Source of the DNA: an uncultured virus (IMG/VR IMGVR_UViG_3300033630_000015)
Lineage: Duplodnaviria; Heunggongvirae; Uroviricota; Caudoviricetes
IMG/VR virus record: IMGVR_UViG_3300033630_000015
Direction: 5' to 3' (one strand)
Length of the DNA stretch: 20,000 bases
Under the pieces are notes generated by a model. It made no database searches. It saw only the letters and a program-made list of their open reading frames with translations, and was not told where the DNA came from. Position 1 is the first letter of the stretch. Each line of letters opens with the position of its first letter. Of the stretch, positions 1 through 6,189 are shown in pieces. Made by a program: the position numbers and the translations under genes.

Positions 1-31
1 AATCCAGATCAAAGGAGACCGTAAACCGCAT
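1..31 (-). CDS. N-terminus of a gene running off the left edge (MRFTVSFDLD...)
   Basis: ATG at 31, just after the stop of 37..354; frame open to the window edge; fits the operon packing. Confidence 0.4.
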   Translation of the reverse strand, partial: MRFTVSFDLD

Positions 32-36
32 GCATC

Positions 37-354
37 TCATGGGTCTGGGACCTGAAATGAGATACTATGTTCGTAGTCTAAATTCTGCACCCAATTGCGA
101 ACTTCTGCGATCCTTTTTCTCAAAACGTCTACATATTCCGGAGTTCCGAATTTTGCGTATTCAAATTCAAATGTTGCACGCATATCTCCCTTTTCAAACC
201 AGGTGTTTCCGCCATTAAATATTCCTAGACCCCGCTCTCTATCAGTGTTTGTTAACAGTCTTGATGCAACGTACATAGGTGTTTCTTTACCATCAACGAG
301 CACTAACTCATATTTGTGCCCGTCTTTAATTCCGTCTACCAATGTTATTTCCAT
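37..354 (-). CDS. hypothetical protein (105 aa)
   Basis: ORF with GAGGTGA Shine-Dalgarno just upstream; packed against its neighbours. Confidence 0.85.
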   Translation of the reverse strand: MEITLVDGIKDGHKYELVLVDGKETPMYVASRLLTNTDRERGLGIFNGGNTWFEKGDMRATFEFEYAKFGTPEYVDVLRKRIAEVRNWVQNLDYEHSISFQVPDP

Positions 355-360
355 TTTATC

Positions 361-609
361 TCACCTCAACATTTCTTCAACTGCTATCTTTTTCCCGTTC
401 CAGCTGATCCAGACCGGGTGAAAGTTGCCGATTTGTCGGCCATTGCCTACCCGGTATTGGATCTCTCCGCTCGTTCGGTCCCTGATAAAAACATCAATTT
501 TTGTTCGGTCCCCCATTGCATTCAGGGTATAAACATCCCCAAACGCAACATCAAACTTGGTCCCATGATGCCAATTTGCGTTTCCTGGCGGAACTTTTCT
601 AATTTTCAT
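361..609 (-). CDS. hypothetical protein (82 aa, MKIRKVPPG...)
   Basis: Start moved to ATG 609 (AAGGTG upstream; short overlap with the previous gene); the longer TTG start overlaps 599..1042. Confidence 0.75.
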   Translation of the reverse strand: MKIRKVPPGNANWHHGTKFDVAFGDVYTLNAMGDRTKIDVFIRDRTSGEIQYRVGNGRQIGNFHPVWISWNGKKIAVEEMLR

Positions 610-1042
610 TGATAACACCTTGAAACCGGTATGGACCCCTGCGATTCTCAGCAATGCTTCTATCTGCTTGTGCCAGTTCCCCAGGGTTGTCAAATGACCT
701 GTAGAATACGAAATTCGTTTTGATCGCCCCTAGATTCTTGGAAAGGTTGGCCCCCATTCTTATCGAGGTGTCCAGTCCCACCGTTAAACCGCCTTCAATC
801 GGGATTATTATGTAGCAATGATCTCCAGGGCCGGGATCAGTTCGAACCACAATTTTAGGGTCATATCCATGATCTTTGAAAAATTGCCAATTGGCAGAGG
901 CCATGTCCGCGCAATCAAAGACATCATCCTCCCAGGGCTGGGTAAAATGATGAGAGTTGACCAGCTCTTCAACTTCCTCAAGATTGCCGGCAATGACTGT
1001 TGGTGTCAAACACAGCAATGCGATAACCCAAATGAATTTCAT
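599..1042 (-). CDS. putative secreted transglutaminase/papain-like cysteine protease
   Basis: Start ATG 1042 overlaps the upstream stop (ATGA); signal peptide MKFIWVIALLCLTPTVIA; FDCADMA (Cys), DHCYII (His) and GLDT (Asp) in transglutaminase-like order. Confidence 0.65.
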   Translation of the reverse strand: MKFIWVIALLCLTPTVIAGNLEEVEELVNSHHFTQPWEDDVFDCADMASANWQFFKDHGYDPKIVVRTDPGPGDHCYIIIPIEGGLTVGLDTSIRMGANLSKNLGAIKTNFVFYRSFDNPGELAQADRSIAENRRGPYRFQGVINEN

Positions 1043-1200
1043 CTTAGCCCCACCATGCGTCGCATAACCCAGATCAAATGTGTGGTTTTGAAAGTGGTAC
1101 ACATATCGAATTCATTGCTCCAATATCTAAAATCCTTCTGACTATGCACAAACGCAATGCATTTGACTAATTCTTCTTCACTTATTGTAAAAGGTTTCAC
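1039..1200 (-). CDS. small hypothetical protein (53 aa, MKPFTISEEELVKC...), not in the ORF track
   Basis: Translated by hand; GTG start after GGGGTGA; stop overlaps the next ATG; fills the gap. Confidence 0.65.
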   Translation of the reverse strand: MKPFTISEEELVKCIAFVHSQKDFRYWSNEFDMCTTFKTTHLIWVMRRMVGLR

Positions 1201-1206
1201 GACAAT

Positions 1207-1392
1207 TCACCCCACAAATACTTGATCCGCCACAATAGCTGCAATCTCGGATCGTTCTATAAATGAACCATTTGTACCAAACCCCACCGTGACGTTGCTA
1301 CCATGATTGTTTCTGATATTTTCAAGTTCATCTTTTGTGAGTTCATTTATAGTTATTTTAATGCCCGATTTCAAAACAACCAAATATCTCAT
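1207..1392 (-). CDS. small hypothetical protein (61 aa, MRYLVVLKSG...)
   Basis: ATG 1392 preceded by GAGAGGA; part of the operon. Confidence 0.75.
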   Translation of the reverse strand: MRYLVVLKSGIKITINELTKDELENIRNNHGSNVTVGFGTNGSFIERSEIAAIVADQVFVG

Positions 1393-1403
1393 TTTAAGTC
1401 CTC

Positions 1404-2177
1404 TCAATAGTTTTCATCTTCAACTCTCCTCTTCATTTCGTTGACCATGCCTATCTGCAATCTTACAGAAGTCAGATAAAATTTTACCTTGTCACCGTTT
1501 GGATCAGTTGCTGCCGATTCAATCAGAAGAATAATATTTGTTCTCAAGTTTCTGATCCAGTGTAAAACGTCTAGATCTGTTTCCTCTGTTTCCTTTTTGT
1601 ATAGGAAACGCATCAGTTCATTCATATCGGCAATCAGTGATGGCATGTTATCCTCGGGATAAAGCTGTTTCCACAGTTTGTTATATCTTTCTTCGATGGT
1701 TATATACTCATACGGGGCCTTACCGTCTTCGAAACACTCCTTTGGTAGACAATAAGCCATGAATCCGCGTTTTCCGTCTGCATCTGGTAAATAAACTGCT
1801 CCTGGCGCGCATGGTGAACAAAGTGGTCCGAGAGTAACATATGGAGATTCGGCAATGAATAGGTCATTGCCGATTAATTGTATTTTGTATCCATCGTGTT
1901 CATATAGTCTGGAATCTTCGCTTTCGTCCCAGTTTTCGAACATTTCTTCTGCGATTGATTCTTTTAATTTCTCGATTTCGGTTTCTTTATCCAATCCTCG
2001 TTCTTTTGCGAACTCTTTTATTGGTTCGAACAATTCGTCAATTTCAAGCTCGATTTCTTTTATTGCAAGGTTTTCCGAGTTATCATAAAATTCTTCGTAT
2101 GCGAACCAGGGGTCTAGATCGTGTAATGGTATCACCCCGTATCTGATGCCTGTTTTCGGATCTGTGTTTGGGATCAT
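1404..2177 (-). CDS. hypothetical protein with CSPCAPG motif, acidic (257 aa)
   Basis: ATG 2177 with GGGAGGT; long ORF; CxxC plus a YCL cysteine suggest metal binding. Confidence 0.85.
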   Translation of the reverse strand: MIPNTDPKTGIRYGVIPLHDLDPWFAYEEFYDNSENLAIKEIELEIDELFEPIKEFAKERGLDKETEIEKLKESIAEEMFENWDESEDSRLYEHDGYKIQLIGNDLFIAESPYVTLGPLCSPCAPGAVYLPDADGKRGFMAYCLPKECFEDGKAPYEYITIEERYNKLWKQLYPEDNMPSLIADMNELMRFLYKKETEETDLDVLHWIRNLRTNIILLIESAATDPNGDKVKFYLTSVRLQIGMVNEMKRRVEDENY

Positions 2178-2674
2178 GTTACCTCCCACTGCAATTCTTT
2201 GTCTGATAGCTTTGCATACTTTTCGAATGCTGTATCCAGTTCCAGCATGCTGAATCCGATGTCGGATAATCTTTTGCGGGTTTTGTTCAGTAGATTTCTG
2301 TGATACCAGCCTATGTCTGGATCATCACTCTCGATTCCCCACGCTGATTCATATATTGAGGTGCTTAAGGATTCTTTGTTTATCCGTATTTCCAAGTCAA
2401 TTTTTATGATGGCTCTCACGTAGTACCATTTATTGTCTAGCCAATCTTCGACGCGTTTTTTGTCTTCGTTTGCGTATCGGTATGCGTCTCGACGTTCTTT
2501 TCCCTTTAGATCGTGCCATTTTTGAATTGGTATTAACCAATGTTGACCAAGTTTTAATGCATTTGTTTCCCAGTGATCTGACAACTTTCCGTAGTCGTTT
2601 AACATGTAAATGTCATCATCAATTTCGTATTTTAAGAATATATCAACTATACGCAATTTTGCCTCCTTTTCCAT
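2174..2674 (-). CDS. hypothetical protein (166 aa)
   Basis: ATG 2674 with GAGGTGA; stop overlaps the next start. Confidence 0.85.
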   Translation of the reverse strand: MEKEAKLRIVDIFLKYEIDDDIYMLNDYGKLSDHWETNALKLGQHWLIPIQKWHDLKGKERRDAYRYANEDKKRVEDWLDNKWYYVRAIIKIDLEIRINKESLSTSIYESAWGIESDDPDIGWYHRNLLNKTRKRLSDIGFSMLELDTAFEKYAKLSDKELQWEVT

Positions 2675-2723
2675 GGCCGTCACCTCATTTGTCGTGTTGT
2701 TGTATCGCTTTTTCGATCACCAT

Positions 2724-3131
2724 TTACATTCTCTCCGTTTCCCATAACAAGGTCTCGTATGCTTCTTTTCCCAAGAAATTTTTCATGTTCAAAGACACAG
2801 CTTTCACATTGTTATATATTGTCTCAGCTCTTCTTAAACCAATATCATATCCATAATCGTTGGCCCAGTCTTCGAAACTATTCGAATTTTCGTATCCCGA
2901 TGCATCCGATGCAATGCAGTCTAGAACTTCGGATACTGTTGGTCTCTTTCCTTTGTGACCAATCCCTTTTGAAAAGTATGTCACAAACTCGTTTATTCCT
3001 TTTCCCGGCATGTGCAGCACAATTTCCCAATGATCTCCTTTGAAATCTGTCATATATGGGCTTTGATGTATTTTGTTGCATTCCTTCATTTTTATTCCAT
3101 GCATTTCAATGAACTCTTCAATCGTGGCCAT
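2724..3131 (-). CDS. hypothetical phage-type protein (135 aa; VLDCIASDA...FEDWANDYGYD)
   Basis: ORF with GGAGGT Shine-Dalgarno. Confidence 0.85.
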   Translation of the reverse strand: MATIEEFIEMHGIKMKECNKIHQSPYMTDFKGDHWEIVLHMPGKGINEFVTYFSKGIGHKGKRPTVSEVLDCIASDASGYENSNSFEDWANDYGYDIGLRRAETIYNNVKAVSLNMKNFLGKEAYETLLWETERM

Positions 3132-3151
3132 ATGTATCTCTACCTCCTGAT

Positions 3152-3192
3152 TGCCGCTCCCGGAGTCGAACCGGGCTAATACCTCGGCGGCT
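3152..3192 (-). ncRNA. 41-nt tRNA-like element (acceptor stem + T arm; no D or anticodon arm)
   Basis: AGCCGCC-GAGGTATTAG-CCCGG-TTCGACT-CCGGG-AGCGGCA: canonical T loop, 5-bp T stem, 5 of 7 acceptor pairs; intergenic. Confidence 0.7.
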
Positions 3193-3199
3193 ATTGTTT

Positions 3200-3640
3200 T
3201 TATTCCTCCGTTTGTTCTTCATTCTCAATAAATGCTTCTTCTGCGCAAGATTCCGAACAGAATTTTCCATAATCAGGATCTCCGTAGATTACGAAAAATT
3301 CTTTGTCATCTCTCGGTTTGCCACAGTGATCGCATTTTGGCAATGATTCGTAGTGCTTCTCGATATCCTTTCTCAGTTCATCAATATCTTGAGGTTCGCC
3401 CTCTACCATGTCAAAATGGCCAAACGCAATCCCTATTTCCTCATCAGGGTGATCGGCCTGCAATGCCTCTCTGACCTTGATCGCTGCGTCCAAGGCTTCT
3501 CTTGGGTCGTCGTATTCTCCTTCGCCTGGATAATCAGTGGCAAGCATATCTGAACCGGCGTAATCGATTCCTGGATATGCTATTTCTACCATATATTGTC
3601 CAGAGTAAAAATAATGTTGGCAATTTACGAAGTATGGCAT
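3200..3640 (-). CDS. acidic hypothetical protein with C-terminal treble-clef (TRASH/FCS-like) zinc finger
   Basis: CDHC...FCSESC; GAGGTGA upstream. Confidence 0.85.
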   Translation of the reverse strand: MPYFVNCQHYFYSGQYMVEIAYPGIDYAGSDMLATDYPGEGEYDDPREALDAAIKVREALQADHPDEEIGIAFGHFDMVEGEPQDIDELRKDIEKHYESLPKCDHCGKPRDDKEFFVIYGDPDYGKFCSESCAEEAFIENEEQTEE

Positions 3641-3646
3641 TTTTAA

Positions 3647-3898
3647 TCACCTCAGCTCCCATACATGAATTTCTTGTACTTCATCGGATTCTTCCATGTG
3701 TTCCATTCTGAGTTCGACGATAATCGTGCCGGCCAGCGTTGATTTGATTTCTGATATGATTGATCTATAGTCGTTTTCCCACTCATCTGCTCCCAGTTTC
3801 GATATGTGTCGGTCTAAGTCTCGTATTGCGGTTTCGTTGTTTTTATTTGCAATGTAGACGCCGGTATCTTTTCCGTCTTTGTAAACTTTAAAGATCAT
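3647..3898 (-). CDS. hypothetical protein, paralogue of 4417..4695
   Basis: Shares LDRHISKL, EWENDYR, EIKST, IIVExRMEH and MEESDE with 4417..4695. Confidence 0.85.
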   Translation of the reverse strand: MIFKVYKDGKDTGVYIANKNNETAIRDLDRHISKLGADEWENDYRSIISEIKSTLAGTIIVELRMEHMEESDEVQEIHVWELR

Positions 3899-3911
3899 TT
3901 TGATCTCTCCC

Positions 3912-4157
3912 TTATGTTGTCGATTGGCAGTCTACATGGTTTTTTATCTTTTTCACCAGTTCTATATTCAGCCTTTCAGCTTCGTCCATGTTTCCTATTC
4001 CCAGTAGACCCAATATCTCGCATAAACGGTCTACGACTTCTGTCAGTTCTTCCGCCATATCCGCATCGTCTTTAAAGGTCACAAGTAGTATATCTGTCGA
4101 ATATGTCAACATATTTGCATATCTCGATATCGCTTTTATCCGTTTATCCTCATCCAT
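3912..4157 (-). CDS. hypothetical protein (81 aa)
   Basis: ORF with GAGGTGA upstream. Confidence 0.8.
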   Translation of the reverse strand: MDEDKRIKAISRYANMLTYSTDILLVTFKDDADMAEELTEVVDRLCEILGLLGIGNMDEAERLNIELVKKIKNHVDCQSTT

Positions 4158-4192
4158 CTCAGGTCACCTCTTCGGCCAATCCAGGTTGTCAT

Positions 4193-4345
4193 TTATATCA
4201 TCACGCCTGTCAAAAATATGATAATTCCGACGATTGGCCCAAACTTGGAACCCCATCGTTCAAACCAGCTCCAGTGATTCGGACTGCCCATAAGAAGTAC
4301 CCATATAGTCATGAAACTGCTGATTGCCATTATGACAAGTTCCAT
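4193..4345 (-). CDS. small two-TM membrane protein (50 aa, MELVIMAISSFMTIWVLL...), not in the ORF track
   Basis: Translated by hand; two hydrophobic stretches; GAGGAG upstream. Confidence 0.65.
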   Translation of the reverse strand: MELVIMAISSFMTIWVLLMGSPNHWSWFERWGSKFGPIVGIIIFLTGVMI

Positions 4346-4346
4346 C

Positions 4347-4433
4347 TCAGGCCATCTCCTCGACCTCTTCATCGATCTCTTCTACCATCACCATTCCATC
4401 AACAACTGAACTTATTTCAACCCAGGTTGTCAT
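4347..4433 (-). CDS. acidic micro-ORF (28 aa, MTTWVEISSVVDG...)
   Basis: Translated by hand; GGTGA upstream; fills the gap between two genes. Confidence 0.4.
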   Translation of the reverse strand: MTTWVEISSVVDGMVMVEEIDEEVEEMA

Positions 4434-4695
4434 CTCTCACCAGCTCCCATATGTTAATTTCATCAATTTCATCAGATTCTTCCATATCAAGGTGTTCCAT
4501 CCTAATTTCGACGATAATTAATCCAAACGTGGTTGATTTGATTTCCGTTATGGTAAATCGGTAGTCGTTTTCCCACTCAACCATTGCTAATTTTGATATG
4601 TGCCTGTCTAGTTTACCTATCTTGGTCTTGTTGGGATCATCATGATTTATGTAATCCCCTGTAAATGTCCCGTTTTTGAAAATTTTAAATAACAT
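4417..4695 (-). CDS. hypothetical protein, paralogue of 3647..3898
   Basis: GGGAGG upstream; clear similarity to 3647..3898. Confidence 0.85.
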   Translation of the reverse strand: MLFKIFKNGTFTGDYINHDDPNKTKIGKLDRHISKLAMVEWENDYRFTITEIKSTTFGLIIVEIRMEHLDMEESDEIDEINIWELVRDDNLG

Positions 4696-4710
4696 TTTTT
4701 GTCCTCCCTA

Positions 4711-4869
4711 TTACCAGAACTCCGTATCTTTGGGGAGACGCTTATAACCATCCTGCGCTCTTAGACTAGCCCTGGCCTCTCTTTCGGATACTGGCTTATC
4801 AAATCTAAGATCATTGCAGTAAAGGCCCATTCCTGGCATCCTGAAGTGCCATAAGACTTTTTTATGCAT
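4711..4869 (-). CDS. small hypothetical protein (52 aa, MHKKVLWHFRMPG...), not in the ORF track
   Basis: Translated by hand; GAGGAG upstream; fills the gap. Confidence 0.7.
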   Translation of the reverse strand: MHKKVLWHFRMPGMGLYCNDLRFDKPVSEREARASLRAQDGYKRLPKDTEFW

Positions 4870-4871
4870 TA

Positions 4872-5171
4872 TCAACTCTCCTCGAAAGTTTCATCATGGA
4901 TCTCTGGGTGATCGCAATTACACTTTTGAATTTCAGCGTACTCGGCCCCATAACGATGTTCATTTCTCCCCGGCCAGTCCGCTTCATCCAGCTCAACATA
5001 ACCGCATTTCCGCAATTCTGCGGCTTTTACCCCATAACGGGGTAATTGAAAAACGTCTATCAGATCCCGGACTGCTTCGGAATATTTTTTGAAGCACGCC
5101 AGATGATCCGGGAGACATCCATGAGACCCGCTCATGGCGATATAGTGGGGTTTATTCTTCTTCGTCGGCAT
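4872..5171 (-). CDS. hypothetical protein (99 aa, MPTKKNKPHYIAMSGSHGCLPD...)
   Basis: Start moved to ATG 5171 (GGAGTTGA upstream); the longer start overlaps 5152..5358. Confidence 0.8.
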   Translation of the reverse strand: MPTKKNKPHYIAMSGSHGCLPDHLACFKKYSEAVRDLIDVFQLPRYGVKAAELRKCGYVELDEADWPGRNEHRYGAEYAEIQKCNCDHPEIHDETFEES

Positions 5172-5358
5172 GGTATTCTTCAACTCCTGATAATTTATAA
5201 AGGTCTTTCCAAAGTTTTTCACATCTTTCGCAGCGAACGAGCATCCATAACTCATCCCCATATCGTATATTTCCCGAATCGATCTCGTCAGATCCGCAAT
5301 ATGGGCAATGATTACCACCGTCTTTAAGATATTTGGCTTTGGCCTCATCAGAGATCAA
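5152..5358 (-). CDS. zinc-ribbon protein (68 aa)
   Basis: CPYCGS...CERC. Confidence 0.8.
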   Translation of the reverse strand: MISDEAKAKYLKDGGNHCPYCGSDEIDSGNIRYGDELWMLVRCERCEKLWKDLYKLSGVEEYHADEEE

Positions 5359-5360
5359 GT

Positions 5361-5576
5361 TTAATCATCCGCCGCATAATTTATGTCCTGGCCAAGCCTA
5401 AAGACTTGCTTTTCAAGGTATGGGATATTGCCGGAGATTCCGTAAATTGTGCCGTCTCGGGTTATAAAGATGGCTCCGATATCGTCATCAGCAATTCCCA
5501 GGTTAACCATGACAGCTTTGACATCTTGACTATCTGAGATGAGCTGGGCGTCTTGTGGAATATCTTTAACTTGCAT
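5361..5576 (-). CDS. hypothetical protein (71 aa)
   Basis: ATG 5576 with AGGGGA upstream; part of the operon. Confidence 0.75.
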   Translation of the reverse strand: MQVKDIPQDAQLISDSQDVKAVMVNLGIADDDIGAIFITRDGTIYGISGNIPYLEKQVFRLGQDINYAADD

Positions 5577-5682
5577 TATCAAATCCCCTGAATCGATCTA
5601 CAAGCTCATCGAATGTTTTGGTCCCGGCCATTGCTTGGAGAACTCTGGCCGCGCCGTTCGGAATATCGGCAATCTTCATCAT
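5566..5682 (-). CDS. micro-ORF (38 aa, MMKIADIPNGAA...)
   Basis: Translated by hand; GGAGG upstream; start overlaps the previous stop. Confidence 0.55.
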   Translation of the reverse strand: MMKIADIPNGAARVLQAMAGTKTFDELVDRFRGFDNAS

Positions 5683-5759
5683 TCTGCCTCCACGGAGATT
5701 CCCACAAGTTCTCCGGATTCCTCGTAGTATGTGACCCCATCGTAGGTGGCTGTGGTCAT
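5679..5759 (-). CDS. micro-ORF (26 aa, MTTATYDGVTYYEESG...)
   Basis: Translated by hand; ATG directly after the stop of 5760..6176; stop overlaps the next ATG. Confidence 0.5.
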   Translation of the reverse strand: MTTATYDGVTYYEESGELVGISVEAE

Positions 5760-6176
5760 TTAGGCCACAACCTTCGCACTGGGGAATGCCTCTGTTATGG
5801 CCTCATCATAAGGCCCGGCCCAAAATGGACTGTTTCCCGGAAGAGGATTCACAGGAGCGTTTACGTAGAATCTGAGCTTCTTGGCCTCTTTGAAGGCCCT
5901 GAGTTTGGTGAGAATGGCCTCATCAGGCTTGCCGCCTACGGTCTGAACCGCAATCATTGCTTTGCCCTTGTGTTCGTAGCGGACGATCAGCAATTTGCTG
6001 CTTGTCTTTTCGGCGGTGGGTTTGGGGGTTCTCGCTTTTTTGGTCTTGGGCTGTGTCTGGATGGGGGCCTGTGTCGCGGTGTTCGCAAATACGAGCATTG
6101 AGGTTAAGATGGCCTCATCATCTATTTTTTCGACAGTTTCAACTACCTTTTTTCTAAGTATGCTTATTTTGCTCAT
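5760..6176 (-). CDS. basic hypothetical protein (138 aa), first gene of the left array
   Basis: AAGGAGTGA Shine-Dalgarno; two domains joined by a K/P/T-rich linker. Confidence 0.85.
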   Translation of the reverse strand: MSKISILRKKVVETVEKIDDEAILTSMLVFANTATQAPIQTQPKTKKARTPKPTAEKTSSKLLIVRYEHKGKAMIAVQTVGGKPDEAILTKLRAFKEAKKLRFYVNAPVNPLPGNSPFWAGPYDEAITEAFPSAKVVA

Positions 6177-6189
6177 TTGGTATCACTCC

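Noticed and set aside
836..852. Third T-loop-like GGTTCGAAC on minus
   Set aside because: Lies inside a coding region and has no T stem or acceptor stem.
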